From an uncultured Elusimicrobiaceae bacterium (GTDB lineage: Bacteria > Elusimicrobiota > Elusimicrobia > Elusimicrobiales > UBA9959): a DNA stretch of 64,000 nucleotides. Position 1 is the first letter of the stretch. Each line of letters opens with the position of its first letter. Of the stretch, positions 16,662-26,008 are shown piece after piece. Made by a program: the position numbers and the translations under genes. The notes beneath the pieces are model-generated. The model was not told the origin of the DNA, did not search any database, and saw nothing but the letters and a program-made list of their open reading frames with translations. The stretch is taken from assembly GCA_964417965.1 (NCBI GenBank), contig CAYQJX010000010.1:318-64317 (forward strand). Reading direction: 5' to 3'.

Positions 16662-18440
16662 CTAGCTCATATATTTGCTGCTGGATTCCCAGAGCTTGCG
16701 GTAGTACGGCAGTCCGGCCAACAGCTCCTCATGGCTTCCCTCTCCCGCGATGTTGCCATTGCGCAGGACAACGACACGCTCGGCTAATTTTATCGCGCCA
16801 AGCCGGTGCGTGATGATGACGGCCGTGTGCCCCTTCTTAAGTTCCATGAAGTCCTGATATATGCGGTCTTCCTCAAACGGATCTATCGCGGCCGTGGGTT
16901 CGTCCAGCACGATCAGTTGATGTCCCCTGTAATACGCCCTGGCGATGGACAGGCGCTGCCATTCACCGCGGGATAATTCGGTACCATCGAATTCTTTACT
17001 GAGCAATGTCTCCAGACCCCGGTCCAGCCGTTTAAGGTCGACGTGGAAATCCGCGGCAGCCAGCGCGGATCGCACCCGCTTGTCGGAACGGTCCTGCTCA
17101 TTCGAGAACGCGCTGATCCTGACGTTGTCCCCCAGCGTGAGCTGGTACCGCTGGAAATCCTGAAAAACGCACGACACGTTACCGTAAAGGTCGTCTTTCA
17201 CGATATCTTTAAGAGCGATGCCGCCCGCGAGGACCTCGCCTTCCCCGGGTGCGTACAAGCCGAGCAGCAGCTTGGACAGCGTGGTTTTTCCGGACCCGTT
17301 CTCCCCTACGACGGCAACGGTCTCGCCAGCACGGAGGATCAACGAGATGCGGCTTAAAGCCGGCGTGGATGCGCCCGGGTACGTAAAACCGACCTCTTTC
17401 ATGACAAGGTCTTTCCTATCTCCGCAGCGCAGTTCACCGTACTTCTGCTCCTGCATTTCGAAAAAGGAGAAATACTTTTCCAGTCGGCCGGCGCTGACGG
17501 AAAGCTCTCCGAGCCTGCTGTCGAAAACTTCCTCCATCATCGCGAACATCTCCATGGTAGCCGCCAGGATGGCCGAGAACGCACCTATGGAGATGCTGCC
17601 CTTGATCAGCAGCGAGATCAGGAACACCAGGATGCTCATATACCCGGCCAGCGAGAACGCCTTGGCGGCGGTCTCCACGCCCTGGCTTTTCAGGTCGGCC
17701 CTGTATTTAAGCTGCTGGATCTTCTTGAAGGTCAGGTCGTAAAGCAAGAGGAAGAAGCCACTGGCGCCCAAAGCCCGCGTCTCCTTCAGGTATGTCCGGG
17801 ATACCAGGCATTCCTTGTAGTGCTCTTCTTTCCGGCGCAGCGCGACGGACTGGTCTTCAAGCCGGGTGTAGTAGCGGGAGCGCAGGAGATGTGAGGCCAG
17901 GACCGGGACGAAAACAAGGGGCAGTATCAACGGCAGCAGCGGCTGTACGCGGTACAGGTAAGCTCCCATGAAACCGAAATAGGGGATATAGAGGCACAGG
18001 ATATCCATGAGTACATGGACCAATTTGCGCACGTCGGCTGCTCCCCGGTAGGCTTGGCTGATCCGGTCCAGCACGTCCGGATCCTCGAACCCGGCTGCCG
18101 GCAGCCTGGCGGCTTTCTGGTTTAAGAGCTCGGTCATTTTCTGACCGCTCTTGCCGGCATAGAATTCACCGTAAAAGTTGGCGACACCGTCCACAGCTTC
18201 GTCCAGCACCTTTATAACGGCGAACACACAGAGGTACCACAGCACCGACGAGAATGGGACGCGGCCTGCGGCCAGCGCGACGACCTGGTCGAAGAACTTC
18301 TGTAGCCAAACCGTGGTAACGACCAGCATGACGGCGTCCAGGAACGTGAACGCGTACTCTATGACGAAATGCCGGGGCGAGACGCGGAACACCTGCGGGA
18401 TAGCCCTGAGGGCCTGAAGCAGGAAATGCGGCAGGGTCAT
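16662..18440 (-). CDS. ABC exporter, TMD-NBD subunit B
   Basis: GENGSGKTT Walker A, LSRGEWQR signature, LDEPT Walker B; start at 18440 overlaps the upstream stop. Confidence 0.88.
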   Translation of the reverse strand: MTLPHFLLQALRAIPQVFRVSPRHFVIEYAFTFLDAVMLVVTTVWLQKFFDQVVALAAGRVPFSSVLWYLCVFAVIKVLDEAVDGVANFYGEFYAGKSGQKMTELLNQKAARLPAAGFEDPDVLDRISQAYRGAADVRKLVHVLMDILCLYIPYFGFMGAYLYRVQPLLPLILPLVFVPVLASHLLRSRYYTRLEDQSVALRRKEEHYKECLVSRTYLKETRALGASGFFLLLYDLTFKKIQQLKYRADLKSQGVETAAKAFSLAGYMSILVFLISLLIKGSISIGAFSAILAATMEMFAMMEEVFDSRLGELSVSAGRLEKYFSFFEMQEQKYGELRCGDRKDLVMKEVGFTYPGASTPALSRISLILRAGETVAVVGENGSGKTTLSKLLLGLYAPGEGEVLAGGIALKDIVKDDLYGNVSCVFQDFQRYQLTLGDNVRISAFSNEQDRSDKRVRSALAAADFHVDLKRLDRGLETLLSKEFDGTELSRGEWQRLSIARAYYRGHQLIVLDEPTAAIDPFEEDRIYQDFMELKKGHTAVIITHRLGAIKLAERVVVLRNGNIAGEGSHEELLAGLPYYRKLWESSSKYMS

Positions 18441-20236
18441 GCGGGCACCTCCCGGTGCTCCTTGTACCATTTTGCCTGTGCCGTGAACATCTCCGCGTAA
18501 TAACCGTTCCGGGCAAGAAGGATGTCGTGCGGGCCTTGTTCGATGATCCGGCCTTCGTTCATGACTATTATTTCGTCGGCCAGCCGTGCCGCCGCCAGGC
18601 GGTGCGTGATGTATAAAGTGGTCATCCGCCCGTTAAGGCCGGACCTTCTGACGGTCTCGTAGAGGTTATTCTCGGCTAGCACATCAAGGGCCGCCGCCGG
18701 TTCGTCGAACACAAAAAGCCTGGCTTCCCGGCCGAAACTCCTGGCCAGTGCCAGCAGTTGCCATTGCCCGCCGGACAGGTCCGTGCTGTCCGGCTCCAGT
18801 TTACCCAAAGCGGTATCGGCGCCTTTTGGGAACGAACGGACTTTCACGGCCAGGCCCATCTGCTCCAGCAGCGCGTCTATCTTTCCCGCGGGAAGAGCGG
18901 GATTTCCCAATCTCAGTTGTTCCGTTACCGTCAGTTGATACTTGGCGTATTCCTGGTAAAGCACCGAGAAGTACGCTTTCCTTTCCGCGGCGGTGAAGGA
19001 GTTTATATCCCTGTTGTTCAGCAGTATCCTGCCAGTATAGTTCCGGTAGAGGCCCGTCAGCAACTTTATCACGGTCGATTTCCCGCAACCGTTCCTGCCC
19101 ACGAAGGCATACTGCTTGCCGGGAAGGATGGTAAGCGAAAAATCGCGGAGAATCTCCCTTTCGGACCCGGGATACTTAAAGCTAACGCGGTCGAAAACCA
19201 AGCTTTCCAGCGGCATGCCGCAAATGCGCTCATCCGGGGCCAGGTCGCTGCCGGGCACCTCCGAAAGCCGCTGCGCGCACTCCAAGTCTTCCAGGTACAG
19301 CCGGTTGCCGGTGTAGTCTTTGAGCAGTCCCGAAAGTTGCCAGGACAAGGTATGGATAAGCGCCGAAAGGGAGATCACCAGGCTTATAAAGACGCCGGCC
19401 GTCATCCTGTTCTCCTTTACGAGCAGCAGCAAAAGCAGGGAAACAGCTACGAGCAGCAGCGTGAAGACCGCGCTTACGCTCTTTGAGCGGAGAAAGATCT
19501 TCCTGTCCGCCTTAAAATCCAGCTCTATTCTCCGGTCCGTCTCCTCGCCCCAGAATTTGCCTATCCTGTCGCCAAAGCCGAACAGCGTCCTCTCCGAGGC
19601 CGCTTCCCTGGAAGACAGCAGGGACCTGAAATACTTGGCCTTCCTCGCGTGGGGAGCTATCTGCGCACCGGCTTCGTACGCCTCGGTCCCGCTCTTCTTG
19701 GCGATCATGACCACCGGAAAGGCCAGCAGCAGGCACGCGACGGCGGCCGGAACGGAGGAGTGGCCTATAATGGCGATAAGCCCCAGGACGCTGAGGATAA
19801 TCGCGGCCAGGTCCAGCAGATTAGTGAAACCGCGCTCTATCGAGCCGGGAAGGTCTTCGCCTACGCGCTCAAGCAGGTCGTAGGTCTCGTCGTTCTCGAT
19901 ATGCTCGTAGGAAAGACGGTTGAGCTTTGTGACAAGCTGCGGTTTCAGCTTGTTTTCAAGACGCATGTTGAAGCTGAGCTCCGCGAGCCGGGCCGCGGCC
20001 TGGAGCAGATAGCCGGCCATTAATACGGCAAAAAGCCCCGCCAGCGGAAAAAAGGCGGCGGACAGGCTTTGGGCGGAGATAACTCCGGGCAATACGTCAA
20101 GCAGGCCGGCGATGGCCAGCGTCTGCAGCACAGGCAGGGCGGCCTGCGCGGTGCGGAGGAGCAGCAGGCCCGCGGTTAACGGCCTGCTGCAATGGAAAGA
20201 TATGGCGATGTACCTTAGGTTCTTGAGAGTATTCAT
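18437..20236 (-). CDS. ABC exporter, TMD-NBD subunit A
   Basis: GRNGCGKST, LSGGQWQ, FDEPAA; N-terminal TM domain with no C39 peptidase domain. Confidence 0.88.
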   Translation of the reverse strand: MNTLKNLRYIAISFHCSRPLTAGLLLLRTAQAALPVLQTLAIAGLLDVLPGVISAQSLSAAFFPLAGLFAVLMAGYLLQAAARLAELSFNMRLENKLKPQLVTKLNRLSYEHIENDETYDLLERVGEDLPGSIERGFTNLLDLAAIILSVLGLIAIIGHSSVPAAVACLLLAFPVVMIAKKSGTEAYEAGAQIAPHARKAKYFRSLLSSREAASERTLFGFGDRIGKFWGEETDRRIELDFKADRKIFLRSKSVSAVFTLLLVAVSLLLLLLVKENRMTAGVFISLVISLSALIHTLSWQLSGLLKDYTGNRLYLEDLECAQRLSEVPGSDLAPDERICGMPLESLVFDRVSFKYPGSEREILRDFSLTILPGKQYAFVGRNGCGKSTVIKLLTGLYRNYTGRILLNNRDINSFTAAERKAYFSVLYQEYAKYQLTVTEQLRLGNPALPAGKIDALLEQMGLAVKVRSFPKGADTALGKLEPDSTDLSGGQWQLLALARSFGREARLFVFDEPAAALDVLAENNLYETVRRSGLNGRMTTLYITHRLAAARLADEIIVMNEGRIIEQGPHDILLARNGYYAEMFTAQAKWYKEHREVPA

Positions 20237-20287
20237 GTTGCTTTCGCCGCGGCCGTATTACGGCCATTTAACCGCTGCAGCGGCAGA

Positions 20288-21370
20288 TTAAAGGCAGCGG
20301 TCGGCCCGTGTTTTAAACTTGGTCCCTTCTCCGGTAGTCCCGCCTTTTCTCATGACCCGGTATTCCGATTCGGCCGTTCTTTTAGAATCGGAAGAGCAGG
20401 CGAGCGGCGAACCGTCCTCCAGCAACGCGTGCCCGGGACAATGGACGCACTTTTCCTTCAGGCCGCAGGTGGAACACTGCTGCAGATCGCTTTTCTTCAA
20501 CGACAGCAGATATTTCCGCTCGGGGGAATCATACCAGATGGTCTTCAGATCGCTCGAGAAGACATCCCCCAGCTTATGGCGGAAACTGATGCAGGGGAAA
20601 ACCTCACCGCTTGCATCTATGAAGATGGTGTTCTTGAGCGACGGGCAGATGCTCTCGTCCTGCCTCACTTTCTCCAGCAGCGCTTCGGCCTCCGGATTGC
20701 TGCTGGCCAGTATCAGGGCAATGGCGTCATCCATCCCGTCATCGTCCATGCGCAGGTCCCGCACTGACGTGTCGCCGTTCATTTTTGAGGAAATGGTAGG
20801 ACAGGGATTGAAATCGAAACCGTTTTCGGCACAGAATCCGCCCACTTCGCGGAAATCATGCCGATTGGTCTTAAGTATCGGAGTTTTTATCTCTACGGCG
20901 ATCCCATGCTTCTTCAGCAAAGCCACATTATCAAGGGCCTTCCGCAGAGACCCCTTGACTCCGGTAATGGCCTCGTGGACCTCATGGTTCAGGGAAAAGA
21001 TGGTCGTACCGAATGAGGAAATGTGAAGGTCCGCGAGCTCTTTGGCTATGCTCTCATTAATAAGCGTCGCGTTGCTCAGCAGATTGACGCTGAACCCCAG
21101 TGACCGGGCGTCCCTTACAGTGCCCATGATGTTCTTTCTTAGGAAGATCTCGCCTCCGGTCAGATTAAGGTACAACGCCCCAAGTTCCCTCAATTCCCGC
21201 AGAAGTCTCGCGACCACTGCGTCATCAAGCCCTTCAGAAACGCGTTCGGGAATATAGCAATGGGTGCATTTCAGGCTGCACCTGGTCAGAAGCTCAATGG
21301 TAACATTGAGCGGGATATCGGCTTTCTGGGTTATTGTCTGCAGCGAAACGGCCTTGATATTTTCTTTCAT
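20288..21370 (-). CDS. Radical SAM/SPASM peptide maturase (PqqE-like)
   Basis: CSLKCTHC; LTGGE; CPSL...GEVFPC...CSTCGLKEKCVHCPG...C. Confidence 0.9.
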   Translation of the reverse strand: MKENIKAVSLQTITQKADIPLNVTIELLTRCSLKCTHCYIPERVSEGLDDAVVARLLRELRELGALYLNLTGGEIFLRKNIMGTVRDARSLGFSVNLLSNATLINESIAKELADLHISSFGTTIFSLNHEVHEAITGVKGSLRKALDNVALLKKHGIAVEIKTPILKTNRHDFREVGGFCAENGFDFNPCPTISSKMNGDTSVRDLRMDDDGMDDAIALILASSNPEAEALLEKVRQDESICPSLKNTIFIDASGEVFPCISFRHKLGDVFSSDLKTIWYDSPERKYLLSLKKSDLQQCSTCGLKEKCVHCPGHALLEDGSPLACSSDSKRTAESEYRVMRKGGTTGEGTKFKTRADRCL

Positions 21371-21642
21371 TTTGCCAGCTCCCCGGAAGCAGCGATGAAC
21401 CCCTTCTCGACCAGGAGTTCCGTAAGTCCGGTCATATCAGCATCCAGCACTCTTTCCTCCACGTCATAGCTTTTTAGCAGCTCGGCCCTGATGGCCTCAT
21501 AGTCATGGAGCTTCCCGATAAGCAGCCAGAAATCTTTCCCGACATTGTCGAGGGCGTAGATGAACGAGTTCCGCTCATCGCGGAGATACAGCGTGTCCAG
21601 GATCACCTGCCACGCCACGTTAAACGTATATGTCAAACGCAT
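21367..21642 (-). CDS. PqqD/RRE peptide chaperone
   Basis: 91 aa; IYALDNVGKDFWLLI...ELLKSYDVEERVLDADMTGLTELLVEKGFI; ATGA overlap with the rSAM gene. Confidence 0.85.
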   Translation of the reverse strand: MRLTYTFNVAWQVILDTLYLRDERNSFIYALDNVGKDFWLLIGKLHDYEAIRAELLKSYDVEERVLDADMTGLTELLVEKGFIAASGELAK

Positions 21643-21808
21643 CCGGCTGTCCCCTTTTAGCGAAAGTGTAAGGTAAAAAAGCCTGAAACCCACCTGCTTC
21701 GAATAAATCCCGGAAAAGATCTAACCCGAACGTATTATATTCTTAAATGGCCGGACTGGTCCAGAACATGCCGGAGGCAGCCGGGAACCGAAACCGCAAT
21801 ATAGGCGC

Positions 21809-21855
21809 CAGGACAACGGCAGCGGACACTAACTACTCGTCCCTGCCGTTGCCTG
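21809..21855 (-). promoter_or_regulatory. Stem-loop after precursor 2
   Basis: CAGG-A-CAACGGCAG-C-GGAC pairs with GTCC-CTGCCGTTG-CCTG. Confidence 0.6.
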
Positions 21856-21867
21856 ACCCGGGACCGT

Positions 21868-21981
21868 TTAGAGCACCTCGCCGGATTTGCCGTTGCAGGC
21901 ATTGCCGTGACCGCAGCGCGTGGCGGTTTTGGCGCAATTGGAAACAACGGTCAGAACGGGCGTCGAGTAAGTTTTTTTCAT
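21868..21981 (-). CDS. Putative RiPP precursor 2 (37 aa, 3 Cys)
   Basis: AGGAG RBS; MKKTYSTPVLTVVSNCAKTATRCGHGNACNGKSGEVL with a YxxPxL RRE-binding leader motif; directly upstream of the PqqD and rSAM genes. Confidence 0.82.
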   Translation of the reverse strand: MKKTYSTPVLTVVSNCAKTATRCGHGNACNGKSGEVL

Positions 21982-22040
21982 GATAATCTCCTGGTAATTT
22001 TGTTCGTTTTCTGCGTTACAAGTTGTTACGCCCAATACGG

Positions 22041-22056
22041 AGCAATTTATATGCCA
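22041..22056 (-). promoter_or_regulatory. Sigma-54 promoter of precursor 2
   Basis: TGGCATATAAATTGCT on the minus strand. Confidence 0.8.
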
Positions 22057-22111
22057 GGGCGCCTTGTTACAGAAGCGGCCAAGTGTTTTGCTTACGGATG
22101 CCGCAAAATAT

Positions 22112-22147
22112 ATTCTCATTTGAAAATATTGTTTTCAAATATGAATA
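22112..22147. promoter_or_regulatory. Palindromic activator site (candidate UAS) plus a weaker second site
   Basis: ATTCTCATTTGAAAAT at 22112-22127, identical to 28617-28632; degenerate GTTTTCAAATATGAAT from 22131. Confidence 0.65.
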
Positions 22148-22221
22148 GAAAAGCAGGGCAATGGCCCGCTTTCCTAGTTTTGGATAGCTCCGGGAGGTCA
22201 GGCCCAGGGCGGTTCTTTGCC
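22141..22221 (-). repeat. Imperfect direct repeat, copy B: kinase 2 3' end plus terminator
   Basis: Aligns with 16510-16594. Confidence 0.8.
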
Positions 22222-23880
22222 GGTTACTTTAAGCCAGGGGAGATGAGAGAATTTTTCGGGGCCGTGGCCGGTGGCCATGGTGAGGTCGGTAAAACCTTTC
22301 GCATGCAGGGCCTGGGCCGTGTCTTCGCCCTTAACGTCGCCGCCCAGCTCGGAGTCTATATAGATTGGCGTATCTTTGGGCAGGGCTTCAGTGCCGGCGA
22401 TAAGTTCTTCCGGGGTTTTATGCGCCTTGAACTCCACGCCTGCGGCTTTGGCGGCCATCCGCCAGTTCATGTGCACCAACAGGTCGTCGTCCAGCAGCAC
22501 CGCGCGCGCAGGCGCGGTTTTAGCCGCGGCCGCCGGCAGTTCCAGCGTAACGGCGGTGCCTTTGCCCGGCTCGGATTCCATCCTGAAGCTGCCGCCCCAG
22601 GCCTCCACCGTTTTGCGGGCGTGGTAAACGCCCAGGCCGGTGCCGCCGGCCTTGCCGTGCGTTTCGCCCTTCTGCCCCAGCCTGGCCAGGATCTCCGGCT
22701 GTATGCCTTTGCCATTGTCCTTTACGGTCAGCAGCACTTTGTGGTCCAGGGCGGACAGGGAGACCGAGACGGTACCCGGCCCGCTGAAGGCTTCTACCGA
22801 GTTATTGATAAGGTTTGAGACCAGCCGCTGGAATTCGGTGGGCTCCACTGAAGCTTTGATCTCCGCAGCGCCGGCGGCGAAATCGATACTGACGCCGGGC
22901 TTATCCTTGTGCTGCAGCCGCTTCTCCGCGACCACCTGCTCCACAAGACCGCCAAGAGCGAGCACCGCGGTTTTGGGTTTAGCCGGCCCGGAGGACGGCG
23001 CGCGGTAACGGGTTAGCAGTTCGTCGGCTATGCCCTGCATGCGCGCCACCGCCCCGTCTATCATGTTGCGCTGCTCCTGCGGGAGCTCCAGCCCTTTAGC
23101 CGCCGCATCCAGCGCCGCCAGCGGCGACCGTATATCGTGCGCCACCTGCGCGGCCAGGTCTGAGGTGGCCTTGGAGATAGCCAGCTCGCTCTCCAGCCGC
23201 GCCGCCTTGCCGAGCGCGTCGCTCATGCGCCCCGTCATCTGCGCGAAAGGCGTGCCTATGGTGCCGGACGGCAGGCCGGCTATATGTTTTTTTATGGACT
23301 CCCGGATGACCTCGCTGTGCCGGGAGTCGGCCACGGCGTTGATCTCGTTGACCGAGCGCTCTATAGCGAGCAGCGTCTTCATTGCACCCAGATTGGAGAT
23401 AATCAGCAGCCCCAAGAAAAAGAAGACCACGGTAATGAACAGCACGTAGTTCTGGCCGAACACCGCGGCGTTTACGTCCAGCAGGTCTATCACGTACTCA
23501 AGCCGGCCCAGCTCAGCGCCGTTGGAGACGAACGGCACGTTATGCGTTATCTGCGCGCGCGGCCGGTCGTAAAGATTGCCTACTATCGCCTCTTTGAAGA
23601 TCCACCTGCTGCCCTCGAACACTACCGGGTGGAAAGCAATGCGTTTTATGTTTTCGTTCTTTATGCGCCACATTATGCGCTGCGTCTCAAAAACGTCGCC
23701 GTCCAGGAAGGCCTTCTCAAAGTAGGCCGCGTTCTGCCGCATGGCGGTCAGCAACTTGTCATCAGCCACCCGCACAGCGGAAAACGCCGAGAAAGCCTGC
23801 CAAAAAGCGACGAAGACCAGCACCGACACAGCATAGTGCCGCCAGTTATAAGCGAATATCCTGAGAAATATTTTTACCAT
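22198..23880 (-). CDS. Membrane hybrid histidine kinase (HisKA-HATPase-REC), copy 2
   Basis: VAHDIRSPL, NLINNSVEA, DNGKG, GTGLG; receiver LDDD...IDS...ATG...GKEPPWA; C-terminal half closely similar to copy 1. Confidence 0.9.
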   Translation of the reverse strand: MVKIFLRIFAYNWRHYAVSVLVFVAFWQAFSAFSAVRVADDKLLTAMRQNAAYFEKAFLDGDVFETQRIMWRIKNENIKRIAFHPVVFEGSRWIFKEAIVGNLYDRPRAQITHNVPFVSNGAELGRLEYVIDLLDVNAAVFGQNYVLFITVVFFFLGLLIISNLGAMKTLLAIERSVNEINAVADSRHSEVIRESIKKHIAGLPSGTIGTPFAQMTGRMSDALGKAARLESELAISKATSDLAAQVAHDIRSPLAALDAAAKGLELPQEQRNMIDGAVARMQGIADELLTRYRAPSSGPAKPKTAVLALGGLVEQVVAEKRLQHKDKPGVSIDFAAGAAEIKASVEPTEFQRLVSNLINNSVEAFSGPGTVSVSLSALDHKVLLTVKDNGKGIQPEILARLGQKGETHGKAGGTGLGVYHARKTVEAWGGSFRMESEPGKGTAVTLELPAAAAKTAPARAVLLDDDLLVHMNWRMAAKAAGVEFKAHKTPEELIAGTEALPKDTPIYIDSELGGDVKGEDTAQALHAKGFTDLTMATGHGPEKFSHLPWLKVTGKEPPWA

Positions 23881-25292
23881 CTAAAATCAGCCACCTCTGG
23901 ATATTCCGAGAACCCCCGACCGACATCTAAATTTTTAATATTTTGTGGATAATAAAGCTTTGTACTGCTTTGATACAACGGCAAGACAACAGCCTCCCGC
24001 TGCACCCCGCTCGCCAACGCCATCGCTGCCTTCACCTTATCGGCCCTACCGTCCAGGGAGAGTAATTCCTTGTACATTTTCCTGAGATCGGCAGGAACAC
24101 TATCTATCACAGCAGCCTCACCCAGATAGTACTCAAAAAACGGCGCATATTCCGGCCTGACCGTATCAGATACAATCACGATCAGCCCATAAGACTTCAA
24201 CTTAGAGCGATTATGCAATTCGCTTACCAGATCCTTTGGCACGTAGTTCTTAATAATTAGTTTGAGCCCAGTACGATCGAAGAGTCGTTTAGAGAACTCT
24301 CTAAGCTGCACAGCATTGTTTTGGTATAGATTCGCTAAAACAATTTGTTTGTTCTTTAAATAGTGCTTTTTCTCATTAGTGCATGCCGTACTACTTCTGC
24401 CCGCCTCCCCCCCTGGAATGCCTAAAGGCAGCAGCCACTTCACATCCAGTAACCCCTTCCTTTCCGGAAGAAAAGCTTCCCTAAATTCTCCCGCGTCGAC
24501 ACAATTATATACAGCATCGCGAAAACGGCTATCTGGATTATTGATGGCTAATCCCACGACACGCAGTTCGATGTTGAAAAATCCGGCAAACTCTTTCTGG
24601 ATCCATTCCGGCTGCTGGAATGTGGACAGTTTGTTGAAGTCACAGATACTCCTATCGTTAAGCCGCACGTCCCCCGGGCCGGAATACTCATGAAAGATTA
24701 CTTTGTTGTATCCATTTCGGACCGGCTTTTTTCTTTCCAGTGTGATTTGCTTACTCTTCACGCTTTTCACGAAAAAGGGGCCCAGCCCGGATTCGTATCC
24801 GGTTTCAACTTTTATGCTGGGCGCATTATCAAATTTTGATAAAAAGTCCAGATACCCATGCTTCGGTTTCTGGAACCTTATAGAAACACAGCCTTCGTTT
24901 TTGTTTATAGTGGCCCCTGGCTCATATTTCTTTGTGACTTCGGAAATATATGAGAGGAAATACTGGAAAGAAAATCCGTTTTTCGCGTCAAAGCGCAGGG
25001 TCGTGTCGGGACAAAACAGGTACTCAGTAGATAAGTTGTTGCGTCCCCAGCGTTTTAATATGCGTGACGCATAGTTCTGGCCGTCATCTTGGCGAAAAAC
25101 CGGTTCGTGCGTCTGCCGGAGGACATAGAAGGTGGAGGTTTCAGATTCGTTCTTAACGGACACTTCCGCAGGCAAGGCTCCGATCAGCACCTTCCAAACA
25201 TCCTTCTCAGAGGACGTGCCGGCAGCGCACTCCCCGGCAAAGATCGGACAAAAGAGTACCCCTAATATCCAGGCCGCGTGATTTGTAGACAT
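23874..25292 (-). CDS. Family-5-like solute-binding protein, copy 2
   Basis: Signal peptide; HEPVFR...ASRIL, GLGPFFV and VLPLYQ segments; overlaps the kinase start; AT-rich. Confidence 0.65.
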   Translation of the reverse strand: MSTNHAAWILGVLFCPIFAGECAAGTSSEKDVWKVLIGALPAEVSVKNESETSTFYVLRQTHEPVFRQDDGQNYASRILKRWGRNNLSTEYLFCPDTTLRFDAKNGFSFQYFLSYISEVTKKYEPGATINKNEGCVSIRFQKPKHGYLDFLSKFDNAPSIKVETGYESGLGPFFVKSVKSKQITLERKKPVRNGYNKVIFHEYSGPGDVRLNDRSICDFNKLSTFQQPEWIQKEFAGFFNIELRVVGLAINNPDSRFRDAVYNCVDAGEFREAFLPERKGLLDVKWLLPLGIPGGEAGRSSTACTNEKKHYLKNKQIVLANLYQNNAVQLREFSKRLFDRTGLKLIIKNYVPKDLVSELHNRSKLKSYGLIVIVSDTVRPEYAPFFEYYLGEAAVIDSVPADLRKMYKELLSLDGRADKVKAAMALASGVQREAVVLPLYQSSTKLYYPQNIKNLDVGRGFSEYPEVADFRW

Positions 25293-26008
25293 TCAGAATG
25301 GAAACCTATTTTTTTCAGGAATTTATTGGATGCGACATTGAACGGGTTGGCGCCTGTAGCCACAACATCCACAACCTGCGACTTTAACCAAGAGACCATC
25401 CGGCTTTTCACCTCGCACCTCTCATCCCCGGTCAACCCCGGGTCTATCCACACCCAGGTTATCCAATCAATATCCGTCCCGTCAAAGTATTTCGCCTTGT
25501 TCAATGGCAGCAATGCAATAGGATGACCGCTTTTACCGAGACAAAACACTTTTGCTTCCGGGATATGCTGTTCCGCGTTCGTTTGAATGATCTTAAGGTA
25601 CTCACTCTCAAGATATTGTTTCCACGGATACCCGAGTTTTTTAGCCCATGGACCACCGAAGTAGTTTTTCTCCGTAGACAAATAGAGTTCCTGCACCTCC
25701 GCTGAGCTCTTAAACGGATAGTCATCGATTCCAGACGGCGTTGCGCATTGGTTGGGGACAGTTAGCCCATCTCGTTGCGTCCGGTAGATCAACCTGGCTA
25801 AATATTTACCAGAAAGGTTCTTGTTCAGCGCGGCAAAGTCTTCGGGGATCTCATGCTTAAAATTCACAAGAAGTGTCGGGGTTTCCAAAGGCCAAGGAAT
25901 ATTATCCACAAGAGCGTTAGTAATCACGGCTGCATCATCCGCTTCGCACACCAGCAGCCTGTTCGTTTTGCTCACAACCTTTATTTTTTCCGGCATATCA
26001 TGACCCAT
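25262..26008 (-). CDS. Putative GNAT-fold protein
   Basis: C-terminal ITWVWIDP...NPFNVASNKFLKKIGF resembles GNAT motifs A/B; start may be 25996. Confidence 0.5.
   Translation of the reverse strand: MGHDMPEKIKVVSKTNRLLVCEADDAAVITNALVDNIPWPLETPTLLVNFKHEIPEDFAALNKNLSGKYLARLIYRTQRDGLTVPNQCATPSGIDDYPFKSSAEVQELYLSTEKNYFGGPWAKKLGYPWKQYLESEYLKIIQTNAEQHIPEAKVFCLGKSGHPIALLPLNKAKYFDGTDIDWITWVWIDPGLTGDERCEVKSRMVSWLKSQVVDVVATGANPFNVASNKFLKKIGFHSECLQITRPGY

Noticed and set aside
16662-21981. Cluster 2 as a lasso-peptide cluster
   Set aside because: The leader fits YxxPxL, but there is no asparagine-synthetase-like cyclase or B2 protease; the maturase is rSAM-SPASM.
21735-22119. ORFs 21735-21947, 21747-21983 and the 83-aa extension of precursor 2
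   Set aside because: They lack an RBS and overlap the true 37-aa ORF, its hairpin or its sigma-54 promoter; ATG 21981 has a clear AGGAG.
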